From Podarcis liolepis (taxonomy: Eukaryota): a stretch of DNA of 64,000 bases. The notes beneath the pieces are model-generated. The model saw nothing but the letters and a program-made list of their open reading frames with translations, was not told the origin of the DNA and searched no databases. The stretch's first letter is position 1. Every line of letters starts with the position of its first letter. The DNA lies in assembly GCA_965112155.1 (NCBI GenBank), contig OZ218105.1; one strand, 5' to 3'. Below are positions 1 to 13,367 of this stretch, one piece after another. Both the position numbers and the translations under genes were made by a program.

Positions 1-189
1 CGCTTATTGAGGGTTTAACTCAAGACCTCCAAAGTAGGTTTGATGTCTGGGGCACAGCCTACTTAGCTTTGAAGACACAGACCACTTAGGGTGAGGTCTG
101 AATCCCTTCTAAGCAGCTCACTCTTGGATTGGTTTCAGGCTTTATCCAAAGGAGACACACTCCCCTATGCTAAACCCAAGGGGCAGGGG

Positions 190-566
190 CAGGGCCGTCC
201 TTAGCATATGCGCCACCGGGGTGCAAAGATCTACCCAGCACCCCCAAATTTAGTTAATTTCGTGTACATGGCACCATTGAGAATGACAAGTGCTGCCATT
301 GTGAATGACAAGCACCGCCGCTAGTGTGGCGCATCTTTGGTAAATGGCCGCACAAAGTTGAAAGTCCTTTAGTGAAACAGTAGGTATACATTTTCGTAAT
401 ATCTAGGTATATATGTACTTTTTTTCTAGCTTGATCAAAATTATTATTTCATAACAGGTAGATAGTTAAGAGCTTAGGAGATTTCAGCGGTGGGCACCTG
501 GCGCCCCCCGGAATTTGGCACCCGGGTGCCCTGCACCCCTTGCACCCCTGGGTAAAGACGGCCCTG
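190..566. mobile_element. Non-autonomous hAT-type DNA transposon (MITE)
   Basis: TIRs cagggccgtcctta / taaagacggccctg; 8-bp TSD ggcagggg / gacagggt (6/8). Confidence 0.75.
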
Positions 567-2345
567 GACAGGGTTGCTATTTGGGAACCATTTGGAAGAC
601 AGAAATAGCAGGTGGTGAAAGGGTTAAGTTCATCTTTCCTCTCCAGCAGCTTTACCACTCTTACATCTGACCTTCCCAAAGCAGCTTTGCTTTCTAAACA
701 TATAATTTGTATTGACTCCCATATTCTAAGACACAGTAGAGCCATTCATTATAGTTGCCATCAGCCTGAACCTGTAACAGTAACCTTTGTTGTTTCCATT
801 ATTGTTTCCCTCTTAGCATCTGTCCCCAACAGAGAATGTGTAGTTCAAAGGCTTGCGTGCACAATATTTGGGATGATTAGTTGGCCCAATAAAAAGTTAT
901 GATTTCATTTGCTCAAGGTTATCTTTGATCCCACAGATATGTAAATGGGTGAGTCAGTTGAAAGCAAGGAGCAATATTTTCAGTCCACATGAACATTTTT
1001 TTAAACTGTCCTAGTTGCATTTCTTAATGAATATTTAGAATCTCATATAAGAGGATTAATGAGGTGCTGTTGAATTGATTAAATGGCAAACATTAAGAGC
1101 TATATTCAGCATGAGAGGTGTAATTTATGTCAGCAGTCTGACTGGTTAATTTCATTCCTGGAGTAGCTAGTTACTTCCATGTCTTTTTATTGACCCTTTT
1201 AATGCACTGTACACTGAAAATCTGCTGCATGTCTGGGCATCTGTTATTGTTTGGGTACCATTACAGGAAGAGTCTTCAACTAAAACTGCAGTAAGGGTCC
1301 CTGAGATAGGAAGGAATTTCCCCATATATTTCTGCAGTTGAGAATCATCATAGTATATAGGCTAATTGATAACAGCTGAAGATTCTGAATAGTTGGTTTG
1401 TGTAATGTAGGAAGCAGTGGATGCTTGGGTCTAATATAATAGATGGCACCTGTCTTGTCTTGGGAGACAGTGGAGGAGTGAGCCTTTGGAGGTGAAGTAA
1501 AACCATTGGAGAACCTGGCTGGCTGTTGTAGGAAACAGAATGCTGATCTAGATGTACTTTTTCTTGGAGCCAATTGGACTGTTCTTATGTTTACACGTAC
1601 CATAAAATAAACATGTGATTCTTTGCATCTCATATTAACAAACACAGCTGAAAGAAAATAGACACATAGTCACTTTAGAAACATCTTTCAGCAATGATAA
1701 ATAGAATATTTCTTCTAACATTGTGAAACTGTGCTGCATTCTTGTAAATATGCTTGTAAATATAATTTTGCTTGCACATTTATTTTAATACAGAAGATGG
1801 CAGCAAACAAATGAGACTTAGACAAGAACCAGTAACTTGTCTGATCTACATTTTACAAAACATGTTTGATCTGATACCGCCTGTATGTTTGCATTTTCCA
1901 TTGTGTACAGCAATGTGGCCCTCCACCTGCTGTTTAAATACAACTCCTTTCCTTCCTACCATTGGTCTTGCTTGCTGAGGAGGACAGTAGTTGTAATTCA
2001 GAAAAGTCTGGAGAGCCTTTCCCAGGTTTTCCACACCTGGTGTACAGTATACATGCTTTCTGTGATGTTTGCAGGATACTAGGTTACCTACCAGAAAATC
2101 ATTCTAGGAAAAGGTGAGACAATCCAAAGTTCTTTGTTGCTTGATTGTCAGTTATCCTAGGAATCGCATGGCGCGGCAAGATTGATTTTCTTTCTTATCC
2201 TTTGTAGAATGAAATGACAATGAGTTCTGCTCACAATATTCATTTCAATGTGGTGCAGAGAAATGGACTACTCTATTGTTTTGTTGAACCGAGTACTGAG
2301 AAACATGGTGAAAATGAAAGTGGCAAAGCAAAGGCAATACCATGG

Positions 2346-2999
2346 TGTTATGAGTTTGGTGTGTATGGATTAAACTGGGTGCCAGACCTTTCTAATCCCT
2401 GGATCCAGCAAATATTAAAATCTAATCAAGGCTTCGCAAGTGTTTAAATCCAATCAGGCCTTCTGATCCTTGGATCCAGCAATTGTTAAAAGCTAATCAA
2501 GCCAGGCTAGCTTCCTGATGAAGAAATTGTTCAGGTGATGAGCCATGAACGGGGATTAAGGGGCTCTGTGAGAGATGAGAAATGGGTGGGGGCCCTCCCA
2601 CAACTCACTGATAGTGAGGACAAAAACCAGAATTTAGAGTTCAGGTGAGCTAGAATCTGGAAGAAAAGCTGTAGGCTGGAAAGGCAGAGACAGAGAGAGA
2701 GAGCACACCATGGCTGATTTCTGTTGGGATCCAAGGCTGTGGATATGGGAGAAACTAGACTTTCTTGGAGTGCTGATGCTGGGAACTCCTCCATCATAGG
2801 CTCCAGCATGAAAGAATCCTTTGCCACTTTAACTCCCACAAGTAGGGTGAAGAATTTCAGAATGCCATCTTTGCATAGCCTATATAGCTCTGAGCATTAT
2901 AAGCTAGAAAAATATTTGTTCTGAATCAACTTCAGGAATATCACTCATTTTGATATTTTGGGATCTGCATGTGAATATTCATTTTATTTTGATAAAACA
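2346..2999 (+). mobile_element. Possible solo LTR (Gypsy-like), degenerate
   Basis: Starts TGTTATG and ends ATAAAACA; internal direct repeat around 2387-2503. No convincing TSD. Confidence 0.3.
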
Positions 3000-3718
3000 C
3001 TCCTGATAGGATACTATGTTTCACCAGGTGCTTCATCAGCTGAGATGTAGGAGAGTGTTGCTAAAGGGTGAGCAGATGTGCCAGGGCATCTTGACTGGCT
3101 TGCCCATGCCAGTCTCCTTGGGCATCTTAACAGGAAGCATAATAAAAGTGTTTTCCATACAACTGGCCCTTAAAGCATGCATATGCTAGCCGTGTTCCTT
3201 TAATAAAATTGTGGCCTGCTCTGATTGCTGTTTCTAGTATCCAGTTACTCTTCCTTCTCTCTGAAATTATTTATGATATCTAATTTTCTAATAGTGCCAT
3301 TTCTTTAAGCTATTAAGTACTATTGATACGAGAGCTTGAGAAATGGTTTCACAGCTAGTATAATAGGCACCATATAATTTGTAGACAGCTCAGTGAAACA
3401 TTTTACATGGTGGAAACATGCTACTGGGGTGCAATTAAACTCCATGGTTGTAAGATGCTTTGAGACAATTGGAAATATGAAATGAAGTACACTTTGAAAT
3501 ACATTATTGGAATAAAATGAAAACAGCAAGGAACAAGTGCTGCACTGTTGCAGGTATATCTACAAAATTAATTATTCCACTAATGTAAGCTGAGGTCAGT
3601 CAACCCTGGATATTTGATGGGCTACAGTTTCCATCAATTCTATTTTTTCATGATATACTTCAAATAAAACTACTGAAGAAATGCTACACTGGAAATCCAC
3701 CTCATTGTGTGGCAAGCC

Positions 3719-4016
3719 GTTGTTGTTGTTGTTGTTTAGTTGTGTCCGTCTCTTCATGACCCCATGGACCAGAGCACGCCAGGCACTTCTGTCTTCCACT
3801 GCCTCCCGCAGTTTGGTCAAACTCATGCTGGTAGCTTCGAGAACACTGTCCAACCATCTCGTCCTCTGTCGTCCCCTTCTCCTTGTGCCCTCCATCTTTC
3901 CCAACATCAGGGTCTTTTCCAGAGAGTCTTCTCTTCTCATGAGGTATCCAAAGCATTGGAGCCTCAGCTTCAGGATCTGTCCTTCCAGTGAGCACTCAGG
4001 GCTGATTTCCTTAAGA
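3719..4016 (-). mobile_element. 5'-truncated RTE-BovB LINE (3' end)
   Basis: ORF LKEISPECSLEGQILKLRLQCFG...EKTLMLGKMEGTRRRGRQRTRWLD is the BovB ORF C-terminus; (CAA)n tail; 10-bp TSD gtggcaagcc at 3709-3718 and 4017-4026. Confidence 0.93.
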
Positions 4017-4269
4017 GTGGCAAGCCCTACTTGCTTACAAATAGCCATGCATCCTAAAGCAGCTAACAGTGGCCCACACAACAGGGATATGAATGCAGAG
4101 ATCAGATTTGTTGCAGAGCTGGATGCCAATTCTATTCTCATATATATTCTGGCAACACTATGACCGGGCCTGATAATGTCATCTATAATAGGAGTTTGTC
4201 TACCAACTCATCTTCCTATGCCTTTCTGAACTATACATAGGACAAAGAGGCCAATCCTTGTGCAAAATC

Positions 4270-4730
4270 AGAAATGGCAATGTAGAAAATACAGTGAGGG
4301 GACATTTCAGCCTTGTTGGACACACTAACTGATCTTAAGGTGGCTATACTTGATCAAAGGAATTGCAAAGGGAGAGTGCAATTTGAAACTCCTGAGTTAC
4401 GATACACTAAGGGGTTCAGTGCTATCACTTGTGGGTGGAATCAGTGTAATGGATTTTATTACACTGATTGGCTTACCATTGTCAGGATGTTTGCATTATG
4501 AACTACTGTTTTGGGGTGATTAGCCAGTGTTAAGAAAGTAATTATCACACTGTAGTTTTCTGTATTTCATCTCCTTCTGTGACCTCATTGTTTATAATTC
4601 CTCCACCTCCAACCATATATATCTGATATATATACAGTGCCTGCAAAACTTCATGCATCCGTGGACTGTAGTCCACAAAATTTTCTTTCATTACATATCT
4701 GCTAGCTTTGAAAGGGCTGCAAGACTCGCC
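4270..4730 (+). mobile_element. Penelope-like retroelement remnant (GIY-YIG C-terminus and 3' region)
   Basis: ORF DLKVAILDQRNCKGRVQFETPELRYTKGF...GWNQCNGF resembles reptile Penelope C-termini; downstream gtggactgtagtccac hairpin typical of these elements. Confidence 0.7.
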
Positions 4731-5059
4731 ATTGTTTTTACTTCAAGTGTGTAGGCAGGCCATAAGTACGGTAGTTCAGCAAATCTTGGTGCATATTAAT
4801 CTCATGTAGAGGGAACATTTTGCCTCTGTTTCTGTGGATGATATTAAAGTAATTGATTTCAACAAATCATAAAACAATTGCAATAATGAATCAATGCTGG
4901 TATAACATAAATTACCGATTATGAAACAACCAAATAAAAACACCAATAAATAGGCCAACCTTGCCCTCAAGCCATAGCCATGCATTTAGAATTAACCATA
5001 TATGTAACCTAGAAAGTCAAATCTAGTTTTAGCAGCAAAAACAAAATGCTACCTTAAGT

Positions 5060-5473
5060 GAATGAATGGGGGAGAAATTCAGTTCAGTTTGCATTTTAAC
5101 ATACCTAATTTGCATTTCCTAAAACAATAGTCTATTGAAAAATAGCTGTACTTCAAAATTTGCACTTCTCTGAATGAAAAATGTGAATAATGTGTGTTTT
5201 AGGGATAAATGTGCAGTAATATACATATATATATTAATGAAACTAGAACATTGGGGAAATAATGAACAAAATGCATTATATTGTTTCTAAAATGTATATT
5301 AGGGAAGACTGCTTCCAAAATGTGTGTATTAGGAGAAATATGCATGTAAAATGCTGATTTTTTTTGCGAAGACTTGATTTTTTTTCTTTCACAAACTAAT
5401 ATAGAAATATGACACATTCAACTTGTTACTGGGACAAAATGAGAAACCCAGATGGAAGATTTGTTGATCCCTA
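5060..5473 (+). mobile_element. AT-rich non-autonomous DNA transposon (Ac-like TAGGGATG-type ends), degenerate
   Basis: Starts ...atgggggagaaattcagttc and ends gatcccta; a homologous inverted copy is at 17393-17776. Confidence 0.55.
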
Positions 5474-5545
5474 CTTAAGGGTAATTCAGAATGTCACCGT
5501 GGCCGGAATTTACATTAGCACCCCACTGTCACTCTTCAGAATAAT

Positions 5546-5653
5546 AGACTCATAAAATTATAGAGTTGGAATGCTGAAGTTCATCTAGTCCAACCCTCTG
5601 CAATGCAGGTATCTCAACTAAGTCATCCATGACAGATGACTATCCAACCTCTG
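5546..5653 (-). mobile_element. CR1-type LINE 3' end
   Basis: tagagttgga...catctagtccaaccc...catccatgacagatg...atccaacctctg; same motif as 18108-18285. Confidence 0.6.
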
Positions 5654-6457
5654 TCCAGAATGCTTTAGCCACAATAATAGAGCAGTATAACCACAATGTA
5701 AGAAACACACTGTGCCTTAAGAATGGGAGCCGGGACTGGCCCTAACAATTGCTTCATTTTTGGCTGTTGACAGTGTAAATACACTGTTTTCACTTAATTA
5801 AAAGTCATGAGATTTCTTTCCTCTGAAGAAAGTTACCCTAGAAAGACTTCCCCGTAACTGCAGAACTGTGTGCAAAACAACAGCAAAAGGAGTTGACTGG
5901 AGCAGAAGCATGTTTGAAGGAAACTGGAACTATTTTATCAAAGCAACTTGAAAAAGCTATAAGAATTGAGTTTTCACTTCACAGTGGGTTGAATTTTTAA
6001 TTATGCCAACCTTGTAGCTACACTTGGGTAGGTAATGATCTATGTAAGACAGTTGGGACAACTTGCCTCAAGTCCTCAGTATCTATTTTGGTTCCTGCAG
6101 ATAATTATATTGTTGTCTAGAATTAATAGAACATTTTCTCACTTAATTAAAACAGTGCAGAACTATTGCTATGTAGCACTAGTTTCATTAAACATAAGTT
6201 TGGACTCTGCCAGTTTGGTTTTGTAAGCTCAGCATGACTTGCTTTTTACTAAGAACCTTCATTAAGGTCACATCTGTTTCTCATTTCTTCTTTTTGTAAA
6301 ACATGACCTTGTTGTTTATCCTGGTTCACAGTTGCTGTTCTTGTAATTTTTTAATTAGTCTAGGTAACTTTATTAGGGAGAGTTGCTTTTATTACAAATG
6401 TAGGATGCATGGCGCTGTATCCCCAACCAAGTAAATTTAGTGTACTGTACATTTTGT

Positions 6458-6811
6458 GGGAGGGATGTGGGTGGTGCTGTGGTCTAAACCACAGAGCCTA
6501 GAGCTTGCCGATCAGAAGGTCGGCGGTTCGAATCCCTGCGACGGGGTGAGCTCCCGTTGCTTGGTCCCAGCTGTTGCCAACCTAGCAGTTCAAAAGCACA
6601 CAGTGCAAGTACTGTAGATAAATAGGTACTGCTCCGGCGGGAAGGTAAACGGCATTTCCGTGCGTTGCTCTGGTTCGCCAGAAGTCGCTTAGTCATTCTG
6701 ACTACATGACCCGGAAGCCTTCTGGCTCCCTCTGCCAGTAAAGTGAGATGAGCGCCGCAACCCCAGAGTCGTCCGCGACTGGACCTAATGGTCAGGGGTC
6801 CCTTTACCTTT
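6458..6811 (+). mobile_element. Sauria SINE (tRNA-derived, BovB partner), near full length
   Basis: Head with B box ggttcgaatccc, typical body, (accttt) tail; TSD tacattttgt at 6448-6457 and 6812-6821. Confidence 0.9.
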
Positions 6812-6939
6812 TACATTTTGTAGCAGTGGGAGCTTTCCATGTGCTAGAATAATTTAATATAGAAGATTTGCAAACAACCAATCACTTAGGGGTTTACAGA
6901 GGTAGCATAGTCTTGTGAGTGGGCTACACTATGTGCCTC

Positions 6940-7812
6940 TTTAACAAATACCTCACCAAAGACTTCTGAGTGAGCTTAGCACTTAGAATAAGAGGTGATG
7001 TCCTTTTGTGGATCAGAAACTGGTTGAGTAATAGAAAGCAAAGAGTAGCAATAAATGGACAGTTCTCTGAATGGAGAGATTGGTATTGGGACCTGTGTTT
7101 TTCAACTTGCTCATAAAGCATCTTGAGTTGGGGCTCATTAGTGCGGTGGCTAAGTTTCTTGACGATAATATATTGTTCAGGGTTGTTAAAGCAAACAAAC
7201 AAAAAAGAACTTGTAGAGAACTCCAAAAGGCATTCCAAAATTGTGAATCACCTGTAAAATGGCAAATGCAATTCAGTGATGCATGTTGAGGCAAAAACTC
7301 TTAATTTCACATATACACCTATGGGATTTGAATGAGACCTTGAGCATGTATGGGATAAGTCAGTGAAGATGTTTTCCCTTTTCACAGTTGTCACATAGTG
7401 AGCAAAATCCATGCTAGGAACTGAACGTAAAACTGCTAATATACAAATGCAATTGTACAAATCAATGGCGATACTGCACTTGGAATACTGTGTACAGTTC
7501 TGGTCACCTGACCTCAAAAAGAATATTGTGGAGCTGGAAAAGGCTCAGGGAATCGAACACCTCTCCTATAACGAGAGAAAGCATTTAGGGCTTCTTAGGT
7601 TAGAGAAAAGATGAGTAACAGCCAAGATGATAGAGGTTTATAAAATTATGCATGGCAAGGATAGAGTTAAGTTTCCTCCCCTCTAGCACAACACTAGAAT
7701 GTTTTAGGATTCCTGACGGACAAAAGAAAGGACCTCATCACATTGTGCATGGAACTTGCAGGAGACAGTGATGGCCACCAACTTGGATGGCTTTAGAAGA
7801 GGATTAAACATT
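6940..7812 (+). mobile_element. CR1 LINE reverse-transcriptase / 3' fragment, degenerate
   Basis: Fragments LGPVFFNLLI...KFLDD and LYKSMAILHLEYCVQFWSPDLKKNIVELEKAQ...LSYNER..LGL..LEKR are CR1 ORF2 motifs, with frameshifts. Confidence 0.88.
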
Positions 7813-9808
7813 GGAGCATTATAGCACCACATTTTTGGGGGGGAAGAAAGGTAGCCACCATAAAATAATATGGAAACCACCATGCATTTCTCAAAGAAAC
7901 AGCAATGGGAGAAGACTGCAAAACTGTCCGATTTTGCAGGACTGGGTGCTTTTTACGACAGAGACAGTGATTAGGTTAGCTGCCTGCCCATCAGTTTTCA
8001 TGAACAGGAAATGCAAGCTCTGATGGGTAAGCGGGCACTCAGTTTCTGCCACCTGTAAGTTTTTTTTGCATTTTGAATACTTATTGTAATTGGGGGGAAG
8101 TAGTGCAACAGGGAATGGCTATGAAAACAAATATTCAAGAATGAAAACGATTAGCACACTTATTGAACACATAATGATGTGATGTTGCAGTAAAGAGGGA
8201 AACATTCCACAAAGTTTTGGCAAAATAATGTTTTGTTCCTTTCTTTTCCCCAAGGACTCTGATCCTCATGAAAATATCCACTAATATCTAAGTCACATTT
8301 TTCAAACCATTCTCAACTGTGTATGAAAATAGGGTCATGGGAGTACCTGTAGTTAAGTGACCTTGAAAGGAAATGGAAAAGGAAAAGAAAGCAGTGGCCC
8401 AATAACAAAAATTATAACACAGGTATTAAGCTTTGTGTTGAACAAAAAAAAAGTAACGTGAATTAATAACACAAAGAAATCCTCAATATCCATCCACATA
8501 TTCAGGTCATTGCAGAATTATGTAATAGAAGTGAGTGACTTTATTAAAAAGGAGCATTTCTGTATATCTTCTGCCTAGATCATGTGCATACAGCCAGAGG
8601 GGAATGAAAGTAACCTGCACTACTGAATGGTACTGAATGTTGTTTGTGGTTTCATAATATTAACCACATTTCCTACATAAAAACCTTTGTAGAACTGAGG
8701 TGAGAAGGCTTATCTCATCATTTATCTCATCAATAAGAATGTGCTGAATTTTGATATTTGATATCCACATATATTTTCAGAACAAAAAGAGAACCATTGG
8801 AGAACTAGATGTTTCTCCATACTGAAACAGCTTGGCATTACCATTTTTTCATTGCTATATTTGTATTGTTTTACAATAATAATGCATAATTCTTGATTCT
8901 CCTCTGCTGGTGCTTCTGCACCATTCATTACCATGCTTGTTTATTCCTTGAGTGATCCTAGCCAAAACAGAGATATTATAGGGCCGGATTTCCAATCAGA
9001 TTCACCTATGGGACATCATCACAGAGGTCAAATGAAACTACTCTAAAATGGAATGGAACTTTTCCTATTTTTGCCAAGGCAAGTATGTGGCATTGTCAAG
9101 CATTGGCCTACTTGCTACAAAGTTATCACCTGTTTTTCAGCCCTCCTGAAAAATAACTGAAAGAATGATGCATTGCGGAGTCATATAAATATCCAGGGCC
9201 CCATTTCAGCTCCATTCTGTTAATCAACCATCAAATTGTAAGTGGCAAAGAAATAAGCACATAAAAAAATCAAAGAAAGAGGGAGGTGTTGAAATGCCTC
9301 AGGTCCTGAGAGATTATTTCTCTCTGTGAGAAGAAGAATCCAAATGTGTATTAAGTAGGGTTTTGCAAGCAGTGGAGAAATGCAGGGGGTTTTTTCCAGT
9401 CCTGAAGGAATATTGGTATAGATTATGATAATCAAGAGGGAAGAAATGTTAACTTGCACTGACAGTACTTAACATTAAAAGGAAAGTGTGGTTTGGGAAT
9501 TAGGGTGTTGACAGCAGCAAGCTTGTAGAATTGATCTATCGCAATTACAGTCTTTATATGCCAGCTGTTAAACACCTGGGACCAAGCTAATTTCTACCCA
9601 CTTTATGGTTATCAAGGTGGATGTTAATAAGTTGGCTAAAGTTTCTGCCTACCGAGGATGGCAACTGAAAGCTCCTACCTGACATGCATTGAAAGTATCA
9701 CCTTCACATGATCCTTTCTTCATCAGCATCTTTGTTCTACACTTTGTGGTCCTCATCCTGCAGTGCAGCTGGTGGCACACCACCTTCAGAGGTGAAGTGA
9801 GCCAGATC

Positions 9809-10221
9809 CAGGGTGGGTCCACCCATGAGGCAAGGTGAGGTGACCGCCTCGGGTGGCAAGTTCCACAGGGGCAGCACATCCAGCCTCCAAGGAATGCATT
9901 GTCCACCACAGCTGCCACACACTGTTGGTCTCCTTCCATCCTTAGGGAGGAAATGGCAGGGGCTGCCTTCTGGGGTCTCTTGGAGTCTGTACCTGTCTGA
10001 CATGATTCAGAGTGGGCCCCATTCCTGGCTTTGATTCCCACTTCATTTGTCATTTGATTCCCACCCCCTTTCCCCCAAATATAGATCTTCACTCCTCCCT
10101 CATTCCCAACGTAGATCTTCACTTACCCTGGCATATATCTTTACTCACCCCTTCTTCCCTGATGGGGGAGTTGCCATTTTGTCATTTGCCTCAGGTGCCA
10201 AAATGTCTCAGGCCAGCTCTG
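9809..10221. mobile_element. Non-autonomous hAT-type DNA transposon
   Basis: Degenerate TIRs cagggtgggtcc / ggccagctctg; 8-bp TSD gccagatc / gccatatc (7/8). Confidence 0.7.
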
Positions 10222-11053
10222 GCCATATCATTTAACATGTTCTTAAAGCAGGCAATAAGAATCAACAAGGCAGTCATATAGTATTTATTTTGCGAAATTG
10301 TATTTTGCCATTCCTCCTGAAGGAGCCCAGGGTGACAGAGTTACACGTGTACAAATTCACTACCGGTAGCTGGAATGCCACACACAAAAATGTGGCGATG
10401 AGCTTTACCTTAGAAGAACAACAAATTACTGTCTAATAGACCTATCTAAATGAACCACCCTTTACAGAAGCAATATACCCCTGAGTCCTGAATTTGTAGT
10501 GTGAACAATAGGGAATGGTCATTGACATTAAGTCTTGCATATGAGGCTCCAGAGATACCAGGCTGGTAGACAGTGAACAAGCTGAACTAAGTGGACATGT
10601 TACCTGCAGGTCAGGATATGGTACCAATGTCATCATCAGAGCTGATCTTCATAAAAAGTATGGTCCATAAAGTGGTTTACTAGCCATGGGTTTACATGCT
10701 ACTGGTTTTGCTTGGTTTTTTTCTGTGATGATTATTGCTAATTATTCTTTGTAGCTTTTAGCTCATGCAAAAAACACATCAACAGAAAAGTTGGGTAGAT
10801 GCTTGTCAAATCCTATGAATGTAACCACACAGGACTATAGAGTTGTTACTTACTTATTAAGAAAAGCACACAATATTCGGAATGTGTTTGAAATTCAGTA
10901 ACTCTCTGATTTTACATAAGATTCAATTTCTTAGATTTATCTTCTGGATTTAAGCACATTTGAGCAATTTGCAAGATCTGATACTCAGTAGAGCCTCAAA
11001 CGACACTGTACAGAACGGCTCAAATCCACAAACATATCACTTAAATTGAATTA

Positions 11054-11295
11054 CAGTGGTACCTCGGGTTACATACGCTTCAGGTTACATACGCTTCAGG
11101 TTACAGACTCTGCTAACCCAGAAATAGTGCTTCAGGTTAAGAACTTTGCTTCAGGATGAGAACAGAAATCGTGCTCCGGCGGCGTGGCAGCAGCAGGAGG
11201 CCCCATTAGCTAAAGTGGTGCTTCAGGTTAAGAACAGTTTCAGGTTAAGTACGGACCTCCGGAATGAATTAAGTACTTAACCCGAGGTACCACTG
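11054..11295. mobile_element. Tc1/mariner (Tigger-like) MITE, 242 bp
   Basis: TIR cagtggtacctcgggtta / taacccgaggtaccactg, TA TSDs, internal (cttcaggtta) repeats. Confidence 0.9.
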
Positions 11296-12796
11296 TACAC
11301 GTAAGGAAGCATAAACCATTTGTGGATCATACAGTGCATGTTATTTGCATTGATATTTGTTCCAGCTTGTTGGAAATTTATTGTATTATTATTTATTTAT
11401 AGACCTGGACTGCCCCTCATCAAAACAGATTCCTGGGCAGTTTAAAAACACAGTTAATGTTATGAAACCAAGAGCAAAACAAACACCATTTCTAAAAAAA
11501 ATCCCCATCATAAGCAATAAAGCAGAGGCAGCTCCGCAGACTTACCTCTGAGTAACATTGTTAGAAATTTACTGCAAGACAGTCATCCTATGTCAGCATT
11601 GCCTGCTACCTTTTGTCTTTGCCATGAGCATGTGGATTGTGATGGGTAATAAAGCATAATTTTAAGTGCTACATGCAGTCACAGTTAGAATTTCCTGTCA
11701 ATGCCTCTGAAATGCAAAGGAGCCTAGAGAAGCAAATATTGAACTGAAGGGACTTTGAACTGAATGAAAATGAAACAAAAGTTTAGAATAAAAGAAGCTG
11801 ATGGGGAAAACTGCTAAAGGTAAAGGTTTTAGGAAATTAAAATTTACAGCAAAAACAAAAACAACTTGACAACAACAAAGAAGCATAGAAGAAGCCACAA
11901 GAACAGAACTAGGGCTGGTGCAATCACAACATTGATCATGACACATAATCAGTCATTCAGGACTGTAGGTGCTACTAATATCAATTTACATAACAAGTAA
12001 CTTCTAACTACCAATGCAACATACGGGGCTTGTCATTATATTCTTCTCATTGCTCATAAATCTTCATGGGTGTAATAATGCAGCACACACAAACTCCAAG
12101 ATAATAATAGAGTATCTTAATCTACAAGCTTCTTTCTACCTTGGCATCCATACTCTGCTCATTTAATAACTGCATGGTGGGCATGAAATCAACAGGGGGT
12201 TTTTTTTCTGGCAAGACTATGCAGAACTATGAAAAACTGCACCAGTTGATTTCATGTGGCTGCTAAAGGCACAGAGCCTTTAAAGTGGCAGCAAACCCTG
12301 TTCACATTATTCTTCTGATCCTGTTATCTTTATAAATATCATTAAAATTAATCTCTTTGTGCAAAGGCAGTGGTGACTGGTTCCCATTAGGCCTGGAGGG
12401 GTGGAAGTCAGAAAAACCAATGGTAGGTGCCTCAGGAGCCAACTGGTTTTGTTCCCATTCTCCTGTCTGCCAAGTTCTACAAAGGAAGGAGGAAAAGGAA
12501 GCTGACAGCCAGTGCCACCTCTTAGTCTGGCCATAAGTTAGGAGGCAGGAAGGTGGGCACAGACTAAGCTTGGTGTGGTGATGCCTAACTTGCCTAACGG
12601 GCCATCCTCCACTTGGTGAACATTCTTTAAAAACTAAACATAATAAATTGAAAAAGTAGGTTTCTGGTCATAAACTTTCAGCAGTTAGGAGCGGGTGGGG
12701 AGATTGGCTATAATGCTCCCACAGTAAGGCAGGCTAGTTTCATTGGATTAAAGAGTTAAGAAGGGCAGAACCAGCTGTAATGGCATCACTGTAAGG

Positions 12797-12932
12797 CAGG
12801 CATCCCCAGCCTTCGGCCCTCCAGATGTTTTGGACTACAATTCCCTTCATCCCTGACTACTGGTCCTGTTAGCTAGGGATCATGGGAGTTGTAGGCCAAA
12901 ACATCTGGAGGGCCGCAGGTTGGGGATGCCTG
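12797..12932. mobile_element. Palindromic hAT MITE, 136 bp
   Basis: Near-complete hairpin caggcatcccc...ggggatgcctg; TSD ctgtaagg / ctgcaagg. Confidence 0.85.
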
Positions 12933-13286
12933 CTGCAAGGGGTGCATTTGAAATGAAACGCTCCAATAGTAAGAAGGGCAAGGTTACATAGCCAGGGTGA
13001 TGGAACTGTTTGTAGCACACACACTCTTATATGCTGCTTGATTGTGTGTGAGGGGACCCTCAAAGTGGTTTACAAAAATAATAAAACAATAAAAAATGTG
13101 TGGGAAGTGCCTGCCTGGATTGCTTAAGGTTAAAGTCTCCTCAAAAATGGTGGTGGTGGGGGAAGCAGGATTGACTGTAATGGCCAGGACTGGATGATGC
13201 AGGAGTGGCAAATGCCTTTGGTCTTGGTACAGTTATACTAGCAATCTGGATCAGGTGTGGCAAGAATAGGAGGCCGCTACACTGCA

Positions 13287-13367
13287 GTGGAAGACAGGAG
13301 TGCCTGGCGTGCTCTGGTCCATGGGGTCATGAAGAGTCAGACACAACTAAACAACTAAACAACAACA
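13287..13367 (+). mobile_element. Extremely 5'-truncated BovB 3' end (81 bp)
   Basis: Matches the tail of the 3719-4016 copy; (CAA)n tail; TSD acactgca at 13279-13286 and 13368-13375. Confidence 0.88.

Noticed and set aside
3596-4163. Longest ORFs in the window (181 and 160 aa)
   Set aside because: Explained by the BovB fragment plus flanking read-through.
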